Positions 21,258-30,729 of a DNA stretch of 64,000 bases are shown here, in pieces. Under the pieces are notes generated by a model. The model was given only the letters and a program-made list of their open reading frames with translations. It was not told the DNA's origin and made no database searches. Source of the stretch: Candidatus Thermochlorobacter sp. (lineage in GTDB: Bacteria; Bacteroidota; Chlorobiia; Chlorobiales; Thermochlorobacteraceae); assembly GCA_046291735.1 (NCBI GenBank), contig JBKBSK010000001.1:128054-192053 (forward strand), written 5' to 3'. The position numbers were made by a program, and so were the translations under genes. The first letter of the stretch is position 1. Each line of letters opens with the position of its first letter.

Positions 21258-22373
21258 TTATGGCTCTTCACCACTCTTAGGGTTTGTTTCGTTTGTTTTT
21301 GGTTCATCAGACTTTGGTGTTTCAGGCTCAGTTTCTTCGGGCGGTGGCACATAACCTTTGCGCCGAAATGCTGCTTGATCGAGCTCCAATTGCAAGGAAA
21401 TACGATGTGAATTGCCCAGCTGGTCAATACCATCAAAGCGTGCAAAACTGTAATCGATATTGAGTTTTGCGATTCTTAGTCCAGCGCCTAAAGTTAGGCG
21501 TCCGATATCATCGATGCCGCCGCGCAGTGCGACAATGTTCTTGTAGCTGTATTCTACCCCCCCACGAAAATTCAGGCTCACTGTCCCCACAGCAAGATGC
21601 GATGCGCTGCGGCGTCCTTCAAAGCGCACATCGGTATCGATGCCAAGTGTAAAGCGTCCATAAAGCGCCTCAACGACATAGCCACCGCCGAGTTTTGCTG
21701 TTGGCGCAATAAGTTCTTGACGTCCAGTTGTCCATGAAATGAATGTTGTGGTAACATCTTGCAGTGATACACCTACGGTGATGCCACTGCCTAAATCGTA
21801 GATGACCCCAGCATCGACACCGATACCCCAAGCGTTTGCAAACTCGCCGATGTTGCGCAAAATGAATTTCGCATTCAGCCCATACCTTAGCTTGTAAGGT
21901 GTTGCAACCGAGTAGGATACCAGAAACGCCCAATCGGCAGCACCAAAGCGTGTGATGAGATTTTCCGCATTATCAATCGGACGGTTGCGTGCTTCGTCCC
22001 ATGCCCCACGCGTGTCAGGAATGTCAGAGACGCCAAGTCGAACGATGCTAAGGGCAAAACTTTTGTTTTCTTCGAATGGGATAGCTACTGCGCCGTAGTT
22101 GTAATTGACCACATTACCAAAACTTTGTGCATGCATCAGTGCAACTTGTGGGTAGTTAATTTTTGACAATCCTGCTGGATTCCAGTAGCCTGCAGTTACA
22201 TCTTGCGCAAGCGCTGCTGCCACACCGCCCATGCCAAGCGCACGTGCACCGACACCAAATGCCAAAAACTCTCCTGCATACTTGCCTAGCACAACTTGCG
22301 CATGGCTTGCTTTGACAAAAAGGAAGATGGCACAGACAACAAATAGACTTGTAAGTTTTTTGGACTTTGACAT
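21258..22373 (-). CDS. FadL/PorV-like outer-membrane beta-barrel protein
   Basis: Signal peptide, then GARALGMGGVAAALAQDVTAGYWNPAGL, typical of FadL/PorV-family barrels. It has a Pro/Glu/Thr-rich C-terminal tail. Confidence 0.55.
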   Translation of the reverse strand: MSKSKKLTSLFVVCAIFLFVKASHAQVVLGKYAGEFLAFGVGARALGMGGVAAALAQDVTAGYWNPAGLSKINYPQVALMHAQSFGNVVNYNYGAVAIPFEENKSFALSIVRLGVSDIPDTRGAWDEARNRPIDNAENLITRFGAADWAFLVSYSVATPYKLRYGLNAKFILRNIGEFANAWGIGVDAGVIYDLGSGITVGVSLQDVTTTFISWTTGRQELIAPTAKLGGGYVVEALYGRFTLGIDTDVRFEGRRSASHLAVGTVSLNFRGGVEYSYKNIVALRGGIDDIGRLTLGAGLRIAKLNIDYSFARFDGIDQLGNSHRISLQLELDQAAFRRKGYVPPPEETEPETPKSDEPKTNETNPKSGEEP

Positions 22374-22388
22374 TCACATTTGCGGGAA

Positions 22389-22427
22389 AATTGAAACCTC
22401 TCCTGTTTTCTCTACAAGAGAGGTTTC
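22389..22427 (-). terminator. Hairpin terminator candidate after the small repeat protein gene
   Basis: 10-bp stem GAAACCTCTC/GAGAGGTTTC followed on the minus strand by AATTTT. Confidence 0.4.
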
Positions 22428-22494
22428 GATATAGACGTTTTCAAAGAGACTTCAAAGCCCGTCAGTTGCCTCAGATAGGCTCTTATACTGTGGC

Positions 22495-22713
22495 TTAGTT
22501 GTCCGTTGCCATAATGTCATCGTGTCCAGCCGTGCGCACTGTGTCGGGCATTTTTCGCTCTTTTTTGATGGTCGTCTTTTTGACTTCGCCTGTTACTTTC
22601 GGCTTAGTGAGCATTGTGCCCATATCCGTTTCGCGAATTGTATCGGAGCCTGCCGTGCGAACTGTATCAGGCATTTGGCGCACTTCCGTGCGTCCGTCTT
22701 TTGTTTCTGCCAT
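22495..22713 (-). CDS. Small hydrophilic tandem-repeat protein (72 aa), function unknown
   Basis: AAAGGAG lies 8 nt upstream of the ATG (MAETKDG). It has two copies of the motif (R/K)xMPDTVRTAGxDxIxxTD. Confidence 0.6.
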   Translation of the reverse strand: MAETKDGRTEVRQMPDTVRTAGSDTIRETDMGTMLTKPKVTGEVKKTTIKKERKMPDTVRTAGHDDIMATDN

Positions 22714-22855
22714 TGATTTTTCTCCTTTCATCGTTGCGACCTCTTACTCCACTGGTCTTGGTTAAAAGAATTAACTACGCTACTAATAATCTTGCTAACA
22801 TTACCCTTATACTCAGAGCACAACACTTTTTTGTTGCACTTGCTTGTGCAGGCTT

Positions 22856-23266
22856 TCAGTGCCGTTCAGGGTGCGTGACTTTTGTCGCTTCGCGCCCTTT
22901 GTCTGGCGTGGGGTCTTTGACCAATCCGTAGATTTGCCGCCCTTCATGGTCTTCTGGTAAGTATTCGGTAATCGGCAAGCCTTCTTTGGTTACAAATAAT
23001 AGACAGTGACAATACTTGTAGCGTTTCATTTCATCACAAGCGCAGATCCACTCGCGTTTTTGGACTTCAGCTTTTTTATCTGCGTAGAAATTGCATGGAC
23101 AAAGCGGTTTTCCAAGTTCATCAATGTGTAGCGCCAATCCATTTACTACAGCTTCTGTGATACTGCGGTCAGGGTGCGCAAATGTGCCAGACTTTTCAAG
23201 GTAGTTCTCTACATACTTCCACACTTTTTTGAGTGCCGCTTCGGATGGTTGAGCCGGTTGAGCCAT
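22856..23266 (-). CDS. Ferredoxin:thioredoxin reductase catalytic-subunit-like protein
   Basis: Cysteine signature CPC-x16-CAC-x8-CHC followed by LLF, matching the FTR catalytic chain pattern. Confidence 0.75.
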   Translation of the reverse strand: MAQPAQPSEAALKKVWKYVENYLEKSGTFAHPDRSITEAVVNGLALHIDELGKPLCPCNFYADKKAEVQKREWICACDEMKRYKYCHCLLFVTKEGLPITEYLPEDHEGRQIYGLVKDPTPDKGREATKVTHPERH

Positions 23267-23343
23267 ACTGTCTTTATTTTAAGTTGTTATGTTGTGCCCT
23301 ACACTTTCTTCAACGATAGTTTCGCTTAAATCGTTAAGCTAGG

Positions 23344-24204
23344 TTAGTAGCGCACGAGATTTCTGCCGCTGCGTTTTGCTTCATAGAGTTTTTTATCGGC
23401 TTCGGAAATCATTTTTTCGTGGTTAGGCATCTTGGTGTCTTCAGCAAGACCGATGCTGACTGTTACACGCAGTTCTGGTTTGACGACAATCCAGTTGAAT
23501 TCCTCGACAGCACGACGCAGTTTTTCTGCCACGAGCACAGCGCGCATAAGCGATGTTTCCAAGAGACCGATGACAAACTCTTCACCGCCGTATCGCCCAA
23601 CCAAATCCATGGAGCGCAAGTTATTTTTGAAAATTTGTGCAACCGTTCTAATCACTTCATCGCCCACTTGATGTGAGAAGGTATCATTGATATTCTTGAA
23701 ATGATCGATGTCAATGATTCCAATGGTGAAGGGATGTTTGAAGCGCTTGCTGCGTTCAAATTCTTGTGCGAGGAGTGTATCAATGTAGCGCCGGTTGTAG
23801 AGTTTGGTAAGGCCATCTTCACGGCTTTGTTGTTCAAATGCCTGTCTTTGATGCTCTAATTCTGCCATTAACTCGGTTTTCTGTTTATCCAAAAACTGTA
23901 AGGCTTCATTTGCCAGTTGCAGCTCTGCACGCATTTCTTGAAGCTCTAAAATCAAATTCTGATCGTCTTCATTGTTAATGTTTGCGGCGTGGTTAGCTTG
24001 CGTATTGTAATAGTCGAGTAAGGCGTACAAGTCTGCGCGATGTCGCTCGAGCAGTGCAAGCGCTTCTGATGACATTAAAGCCTTTTTACGCAGCTTCTCG
24101 CAGTCCTCAATGAGCCTTGTCAGACGCTCTTGTGGCATCATTTTCTCTCTGGATACAGTTGATGTATAACTTTTCTCACTCATATTACAAACACACTTAG
24201 TCAA
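23344..24204 (-). CDS. Diguanylate cyclase (coiled coil + GGDEF)
   Basis: GGEEF active site, RSMD (RxxD) I-site 5 residues upstream, and a long coiled-coil N-terminus without a recognisable sensor domain. Confidence 0.85.
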   Translation of the reverse strand: MTKCVCNMSEKSYTSTVSREKMMPQERLTRLIEDCEKLRKKALMSSEALALLERHRADLYALLDYYNTQANHAANINNEDDQNLILELQEMRAELQLANEALQFLDKQKTELMAELEHQRQAFEQQSREDGLTKLYNRRYIDTLLAQEFERSKRFKHPFTIGIIDIDHFKNINDTFSHQVGDEVIRTVAQIFKNNLRSMDLVGRYGGEEFVIGLLETSLMRAVLVAEKLRRAVEEFNWIVVKPELRVTVSIGLAEDTKMPNHEKMISEADKKLYEAKRSGRNLVRY

Positions 24205-24230
24205 ATTGCCAAATAGCGTAGCATTCAGTT

Positions 24231-24707
24231 TTAGTCGTCGTATGAGACTTGCGCCCCCACTTTGATGCCGCGCTTTGCAAACCAGCCTTGATTGACTTCT
24301 AAAGCAAATGGGACAGGTACAGACGACTCATAGCGCGGTCCTTCATCTAATGGTTTCATCTGGTGAATATCTGTAATTTTGCCTTTCGCATCAATGAACG
24401 CAATGTCGAGCGGAATGTAGGTATTGCGCATCCAAAACGACTGAATATCAGGTCGCTCAAAGACAAAAAGCATTCCTTCATCTTCCGGCAGTTCATTGCG
24501 AAACATCAGTCCTCTCTGACGCAGGTCCTCTCGGTCTGCAATTTCAACCCAGACAATTGCTGTGTCGATTCTGACCTTACGCTTACCTGCGCGCATTGTT
24601 TTGGACGATGTTGCGCTTTTCTCTGTACTTTCTTTCTTGGAGAGCATATCGCACCCTATGAGCGCCGTTGCTAAGATGAGCAGAAGCACAGGTATTGTTT
24701 TCATCAT
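24231..24707 (-). CDS. DUF192-domain lipoprotein
   Basis: GLMFR, MLFVF and FWMRNTYIPLDIAFID motifs. Lipoprotein signal MMKTIPVLLLILATALIGC. The ORF-track N-terminal extension was trimmed. Confidence 0.7.
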   Translation of the reverse strand: MMKTIPVLLLILATALIGCDMLSKKESTEKSATSSKTMRAGKRKVRIDTAIVWVEIADREDLRQRGLMFRNELPEDEGMLFVFERPDIQSFWMRNTYIPLDIAFIDAKGKITDIHQMKPLDEGPRYESSVPVPFALEVNQGWFAKRGIKVGAQVSYDD

Positions 24708-24811
24708 AATTTGCTTGTTAAAGCCTTTCACGGTCTTGTCTCTACACGGATTTTTCATTTCTCTCTGTCGCCTCGCCTTGCTCTTAGGCTTCAGGCAAGG
24801 TGGTTTTACTT

Positions 24812-25636
24812 TCATTCGCTGTCTTCGGATTCATCGCTTTCGGTTAGCGCCGTGAGCTGTTTGCCATAGTGAATTTTCCACAGGAAAAGCCCATTTGGCT
24901 TTGCAGAAGCGCCTGCCAGACGCACATCTTTTCCTGCAAAGATACGCTGAAAATCACTAAGCGTCAGCTCGCCTTTTCCCACCTCAAGCATCGTTCCCAC
25001 AAGCAAACGCACCATGCTGTGCAAAAATCGATTTGCTGTAATCTCAAACATGATTGTGCTGCCCGACTTTTTCCACTGCGCAGTTTTTATGCAGCAGAAT
25101 TTGTGTCTTACAGCAGACCCTGCTTTGCAGAACGATGTAAAATCATGCTCACCAATGATAAGGTTAGCACACGCTTGCAGGGCGTCAAGCGAGAGCGTCG
25201 GATAAGGATAAAGTGCCTTATAGCGATGCGCCAGCGCGCTTTTTTCAGTTGTAAGGAAATATCGATAGGTGCGTGCCGTAGCAGAAAATCGAGCATGAAA
25301 CGCTTCATCTACTTCTTTTACACTACTCACGGAAATTTCTTTTGGTAAAAGCCGATTAAGTACATAGCGCAGCTTGTCTGTACTCATTTTGCTATGCGTC
25401 CAAAAATTTGCAACTTGCATTTTTGCATGAACGCCCGCATCCGTTCTGCCTGCGCCAATGACTTCAATAGATTCTTGCAGCACTTGACAGAGCACTTTTT
25501 CGATTTCGCCTTGGATTGTGATTTGATGGCGATTTTGCGGTTGACGCTGCCAACCTGCAAACGGCGTCCCATCATACTCCAGCACCAGTCGAAGATTGCG
25601 GGTTTTACTTGTTGGTTTTGTTGATGCCGCTTTCAT
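24812..25636 (-). CDS. truA: tRNA pseudouridine(38-40) synthase
   Basis: GAGRTDAGVHA catalytic motif and size. Confidence 0.9.
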   Translation of the reverse strand: MKAASTKPTSKTRNLRLVLEYDGTPFAGWQRQPQNRHQITIQGEIEKVLCQVLQESIEVIGAGRTDAGVHAKMQVANFWTHSKMSTDKLRYVLNRLLPKEISVSSVKEVDEAFHARFSATARTYRYFLTTEKSALAHRYKALYPYPTLSLDALQACANLIIGEHDFTSFCKAGSAVRHKFCCIKTAQWKKSGSTIMFEITANRFLHSMVRLLVGTMLEVGKGELTLSDFQRIFAGKDVRLAGASAKPNGLFLWKIHYGKQLTALTESDESEDSE

Positions 25637-25775
25637 TTTGCTTCAAGCAAGAGGAAAACTTTTCAAGCAAGAGCTAAGTTCGAGCCTTGCATCATCATAT
25701 GCTGCAATTTAGCGACAACACCTCTTTAACGAGGCTCTATAGCTTCGTTATCGGACTATCAAGTTTTAAGACCAC

Positions 25776-27047
25776 ATGATGATAGAGCACTTGCGCAAAG
25801 GCGATTTTTTCTCTCGTGAGCAGCTTTTGCTCATCATTTTGGCAACAGTACAATTGACCAATGTCCTAGACTTTGTCATCATGATGCCACTTGGACCGCA
25901 ATTTATGCGGCATTTTGAGATTTCGCCTCAAGCCTTCGGGCTCATTGTCTCTTCCTACACCTTCAGTGCTGCCGTGTTCGGGTTTCTCGGAGCATTTTTT
26001 ATCGATCGTCTCGATCGCCGGCTTGCTTTGCTTGTGCTCTATGCAGGCTTTACACTCGGCACTCTCTTTTGCGCTGTTGCCCCAACTTACGAACTCCTAA
26101 TGCTTGCACGCGCTACAGCAGGCGCATTCGGCGGTATTATGGGCGCACTTGTCATGGCAATTGTCGGTGATGCTATTGCTGAAGCACGACGCGGCGCCGC
26201 CACTGGCATCATCATGTCCTCTTTTTCTGTTGCCTCCATCGCTGGCGTGCCGTTTGGACTTTACCTTGCGCATTTGCTGTCGTGGCATGCACCATTTCTT
26301 ATGCTCGCCGCCTTAAGCACAGTCACATGGCTTGGGGCGTTTTACTTCCTTCCACCTATGAGACAACACCTCTCACGCTGCACTTCTACATCGCCACTGG
26401 ATGATATGCGCGTGGTACTTTCCACACCGAACAACTGGCGCACCTTCATGTTTATGAGCATGTTGATGCTGTCAGGCTTTTCCGTGATTCCTTTCATCAG
26501 TCCATATATGGTCGGCAATGTTGGGCTTTCAGAAGCAGATTTGTCTTACATCTATCTTTTTGGTGGGCTTGCCACGTTTTTTACATCGCGCTATGTCGGG
26601 GCGCTATCGGATAAGTACGGCAAGAAACGCATCTTTCAGTTAGTAGCCGCCTGCTCGATTGTGCCCATCTTACTGCTTACCTCATTGCCAAAAATACCTC
26701 TTGCGCTTGCACTGTGCGTTACGACACTTTTTATGATTTTCGTTTCAGGTCGGTTTGTACCTGCAGTTTCGCTCATTACGTCCAGCATTGAATCGCGCTA
26801 TCGTGGAAGTTTTATGAGCATCAATGCTTGTGTGCAACAGCTCTCGTCAGGGCTTGCATCATTTCTTGCTGGTTTGGTGATTGGCAAGGGCGAAGGTAGT
26901 GCGCTGACCAACTACTGGCTGGTCGGCATCGCTGCCAGTGCCGCAACCCTGCTCTGCATCGCTTTCGTTGAATGGATAAAGCTAGCCGAAGCGCCTATCG
27001 CTCGCATGGAACCTAAAGTAGCTTCTCTTGCCGAAAGCTCTCTCTGA
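25776..27047 (+). CDS. MFS transporter
   Basis: About 12 TM helices and a DRLDRR-type loop motif. Confidence 0.8.
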   Translation: MMIEHLRKGDFFSREQLLLIILATVQLTNVLDFVIMMPLGPQFMRHFEISPQAFGLIVSSYTFSAAVFGFLGAFFIDRLDRRLALLVLYAGFTLGTLFCAVAPTYELLMLARATAGAFGGIMGALVMAIVGDAIAEARRGAATGIIMSSFSVASIAGVPFGLYLAHLLSWHAPFLMLAALSTVTWLGAFYFLPPMRQHLSRCTSTSPLDDMRVVLSTPNNWRTFMFMSMLMLSGFSVIPFISPYMVGNVGLSEADLSYIYLFGGLATFFTSRYVGALSDKYGKKRIFQLVAACSIVPILLLTSLPKIPLALALCVTTLFMIFVSGRFVPAVSLITSSIESRYRGSFMSINACVQQLSSGLASFLAGLVIGKGEGSALTNYWLVGIAASAATLLCIAFVEWIKLAEAPIARMEPKVASLAESSL

Positions 27048-27138
27048 GCATTCTTACCCATCAGCACTGCAACTTTATTCTCGCAATTTAGCGTAATTGC
27101 TTTAACTTTGTATGTTTAGCGCTCTAAAATGACGTCTT

Positions 27139-27753
27139 ATGCCGACTTACCGATTTGCTACGCCAACATGTATGGCACTCGTTATGAGCTTATGGGGACT
27201 CATGCTGGGCTGTCAATCTACGACCTCTTCCTTGCGCTATAAAGCTAAACCCACCACTCGAGACGAAGTTACAGCGTTAGAGTCTGAAGTTCGCTCTGCT
27301 ACTACTTCTTCCAAAAGCAACGATAAAGAAGTGCGTCTGTTCTATGCTAGCCTGAAACGCGCTTCGTTGAGCTCTTCTGCCAAAGCGCGCTTGCAGGAAG
27401 AAATCAATCGTTATGTTGGTGTGCAATATCGCTACGGCGGACAAGATGCGCAGGGCTTTGATTGTTCGGGATTCACCGGTAAAGTTTTTCGTGATGCACT
27501 CAATATCGAACTGCCCCGTTCTTCATCTGCACAAGCACAAATCGGCACTCCTGTTGCTAAGTCCGATTTACAGTTCGGCGATTTGGTCTTTTTTAACATC
27601 TATGGCAAGGGCATTTCACATGTGGGCATCTATATCGGCAATGGGAACTTTGCTCATGCAAGCGTCAAAATTGGCGTAACGGTCAGCAATTTGAGTGAGC
27701 GTTACTATCAACAGCGCTATGTTACAGCGCGTCGCATTGTGCAACTTCAATAA
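27139..27753 (+). CDS. NlpC/P60 (C40) peptidoglycan peptidase lipoprotein
   Basis: Lipobox LMLGC, catalytic GFDCSGF, and ISHVGIYIGNGNFAHAS. Confidence 0.8.
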   Translation: MPTYRFATPTCMALVMSLWGLMLGCQSTTSSLRYKAKPTTRDEVTALESEVRSATTSSKSNDKEVRLFYASLKRASLSSSAKARLQEEINRYVGVQYRYGGQDAQGFDCSGFTGKVFRDALNIELPRSSSAQAQIGTPVAKSDLQFGDLVFFNIYGKGISHVGIYIGNGNFAHASVKIGVTVSNLSERYYQQRYVTARRIVQLQ

Positions 27754-27772
27754 CTTATTTTGTTTGCACGTT

Positions 27773-30523
27773 ATGTCTTCACTCCGGTTTCGTCGCCTTC
27801 TTTTGCTATGCATGGCAATTGCTGCTGGTGTGCTTGAGAGTTCGGCACAACCTTCACATCCAAAACAAAAGCATGTTTCATTTTCACTCTCCGCACTTGC
27901 GCGCCTTAGTGCATTGGGTGAGCATGAGCGTGTTACTCTCACGCTTACACCGAAACATCGAGCATTTTCTTACGACGAACTCCGGCGCATTGAGCAAAAA
28001 GTGCACGCTCTGCAAGGCACTCTCTCACAAAGCCTTTCACGCGTGGTACTGGTTTCGCTACCCATACGCCGGCTGTCTGAATTAGCCACACTGGCTTCAC
28101 TGTGCCACATTTCGCTCTCTGTCATAGAAGATGAGCCGCTTTCAATGGATCTTAGTCGCAGTAATCAACAATCTAGCGGGCGCTGGCTTGGCACAAATGC
28201 AGATTCCGTGCATGCCTTAGGCTATCGTGGGCAAGGCACGATTGTAGGCATCGTGGATTTAGGATTTGACATCTACAACCACGATTTTCGCAACCCTGAC
28301 AATACTACACGCATTGTGAGCCTGTGGCATCAAGGCGGGACAGGCACACCACCTACTGGATTTACTTTTGGCGCAGAGTACAACAGTGCTGACATCAATA
28401 CTCTGAGCGTCAGTGTGCCGAACAATGCGCATGGAACAGCTTGCCTTGGTATTGCTGCTGGGAACGGGCGCTTGAGCGGACAAGAAGGCATTGCTCCTGA
28501 AGCCGATATCATGCTCGTTGTTCTTGCTAACACCATTGATACTTCTGTCATTCATGCTTTCACTTATCTCAAACAAAAAGCTGCTGCCTTAGGCAAGCCT
28601 ATTTCGATTTCATACAGTTATGGCAGCAATTTTGGCGCGCATGATGGCTCGCGCTCTACAGAACTTGCAATCAGCTCACTGGCGGGTGCTGGTACGCTCT
28701 TTTCAATTGCAGGTGGCAACAACGGTGGCGCTACTGTTCATATTGATGCTACTGTGCCCCCCAGCGGTCAAAATGAAACTTCTTTTACCACTGGCAATAA
28801 CAATGCTAACGGCTTTAGCTTTTATGGACACTTGTGGTATCCGGGCTCAGCAAATCTGACAGTGAGCTTAATTGCGCCTGATAACACTGAATACGGTCCA
28901 TTTGGACTAAGCCCGACCGTGCAAGTGAGTCTGCCCGTCAGAGTCTATCACAACACTTATGCCCCGAATGGCGACAAAGAAATTCAGTTTGTAATTGAGA
29001 ATCGACAAAATGAATCTAATTGGCGTGTTCGCCTCAACAACTTGGGCTCGAGCGCAGTACCATACGATGGCTGGCGCGTGCACGGCGGATTTTGGACAAG
29101 CAACCAAAACGACTATCGCAGTCTAACAACACCCTCGACAGCCGATTCCGCTATTTGCGTGGTAGGCTATGATGTTAGTTCTGGCAATCATGATGCTAGT
29201 TCAAGTTTAGGTCTGACACGCAACAATCAACTCAAACCCGAAGTCAGCGCCCCCACGAATGTTACAACTACAAACGGACCTTTTGGCGGCACTTCAGCTT
29301 CAGCACCGCATCTTGCTGGACTTGGCGCTCTGCTGTTGCAAGCAAATCCTTTACTGTCTAGCTCTCAGTTCAGAGCTCTTCTTGCCGATAGCTCACGACG
29401 TGATATTGCCACTGGGATAATTCCACCGCATCGTATTGATTGGGGATATGGTAAAATGTATGCTCTTGGCGCCTTTCAAGCCGCATTGCCCAAGAGTGGA
29501 CAAAGTGTTCAAATTACGCGCACAGGGAATTTCATCTGGAATGATCTTAGCGGGAAGTATGGCGCCTTTCTCAACTTTGCCAGTGAAGACATTGATCAGG
29601 TTACAGTTGAAATTTATCCTAACACCACTCCCAGTTTCATTGGCAGTGCAAAAGCTGTACATCGTCGCGTCGTTATTACATCATCTGGCGGCTCGGGTGT
29701 ATTCAATACTACGCTACGCCTCTATTACGACGATGCTGAAGTTGCTGCAGGCGGGCTCAGCGAAGGCAATTTGAAGCTCTATCGCTTCAATGGTTCTAAT
29801 TGGGAGTTACAAGGCGGCACCAATAACACTGTTGATAATTATGTGGAACTCTCCGGCGTTACAGCATTTAGTGAATGGGCAATTGCCGATCCTTCTGATA
29901 ACCCTTTGCCAGTTGAACTTATTCGTTTTACAGGTGCTGCTACATCTGCTGGAGTCCGACTCTCTTGGTCAACTGCCAGTGAGCGCAATAATGCCGGCTT
30001 TGAGATTCTGCGCACAGTGCAAACGCCTAATGAACCTCAGGCATGGCAGATGATTGCAAGCTACGCTTTTTCGCCTGACTTGCGTGGTAAAGGCACAACT
30101 ACCTTGCTCACACACTATGCCTTTCTTGATGCAACCGTCGAAGGTGGCAAAGCCTACACCTACAAACTTCGCTCTAGAGATTTTAATGGCGCAATGCATG
30201 ACTATGCACCACGCGTTACAGTAGAAGTACGCAATGTCTCGACAGCTCTCCCTACCGAGTATCGCCTTGAGCAAAATTATCCGAATCCGTTCAATCCTTC
30301 TACCATCATTGTATATGAATTGCCAAAAGTCTCGCAAGTAAGTTTGAAAGTCTATGATGTGCTGGGGCGTGAAGTCGCCACGCTGGTCAATGCACACCAA
30401 GCCGCCGGGCGGTATCGCGTCGTATTTTCTGCTGAGGGCTCTTCGCTGTCTGCTGGCGTTTATCTCTATGTCCTTTCGGCTTCAGGATTTCAGAAAATGC
30501 GCAAGATGTTGCTTGTCAAATAG
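27773..30523 (+). CDS. Secreted S8 subtilisin-family peptidase with a T9SS C-terminal sorting domain
   Basis: Asp (IVGIVDLGFD), His (AHGTACLG) and Ser (GGTSASAPHLAG) triad. The C-terminus NYPNPFNPSTII..VSLKVYDVLGREVATL..AGVYLYVL is typical of the Por secretion tail. The signal peptide starts at MSSLRF. Confidence 0.85.
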   Translation: MSSLRFRRLLLLCMAIAAGVLESSAQPSHPKQKHVSFSLSALARLSALGEHERVTLTLTPKHRAFSYDELRRIEQKVHALQGTLSQSLSRVVLVSLPIRRLSELATLASLCHISLSVIEDEPLSMDLSRSNQQSSGRWLGTNADSVHALGYRGQGTIVGIVDLGFDIYNHDFRNPDNTTRIVSLWHQGGTGTPPTGFTFGAEYNSADINTLSVSVPNNAHGTACLGIAAGNGRLSGQEGIAPEADIMLVVLANTIDTSVIHAFTYLKQKAAALGKPISISYSYGSNFGAHDGSRSTELAISSLAGAGTLFSIAGGNNGGATVHIDATVPPSGQNETSFTTGNNNANGFSFYGHLWYPGSANLTVSLIAPDNTEYGPFGLSPTVQVSLPVRVYHNTYAPNGDKEIQFVIENRQNESNWRVRLNNLGSSAVPYDGWRVHGGFWTSNQNDYRSLTTPSTADSAICVVGYDVSSGNHDASSSLGLTRNNQLKPEVSAPTNVTTTNGPFGGTSASAPHLAGLGALLLQANPLLSSSQFRALLADSSRRDIATGIIPPHRIDWGYGKMYALGAFQAALPKSGQSVQITRTGNFIWNDLSGKYGAFLNFASEDIDQVTVEIYPNTTPSFIGSAKAVHRRVVITSSGGSGVFNTTLRLYYDDAEVAAGGLSEGNLKLYRFNGSNWELQGGTNNTVDNYVELSGVTAFSEWAIADPSDNPLPVELIRFTGAATSAGVRLSWSTASERNNAGFEILRTVQTPNEPQAWQMIASYAFSPDLRGKGTTTLLTHYAFLDATVEGGKAYTYKLRSRDFNGAMHDYAPRVTVEVRNVSTALPTEYRLEQNYPNPFNPSTIIVYELPKVSQVSLKVYDVLGREVATLVNAHQAAGRYRVVFSAEGSSLSAGVYLYVLSASGFQKMRKMLLVK

Positions 30524-30729
30524 TTACTGACAACTGACTCTTGCTTGGCTTCAACTTACGCATCATCTTACAAGCCTAAGTCTTTGTTTTCAGAGCACTT
30601 GCCTAAAAAAATTCGTTTTGATAGCGCGCTTGCTGTGCGTAACTTTACATCGAGAAGCACAGTTGAATTACTTTTAAGGTGGAAATTTGAGTTTGCTGAA
30701 CTTTGCAACCACTTTCCTGTAACATTCAT

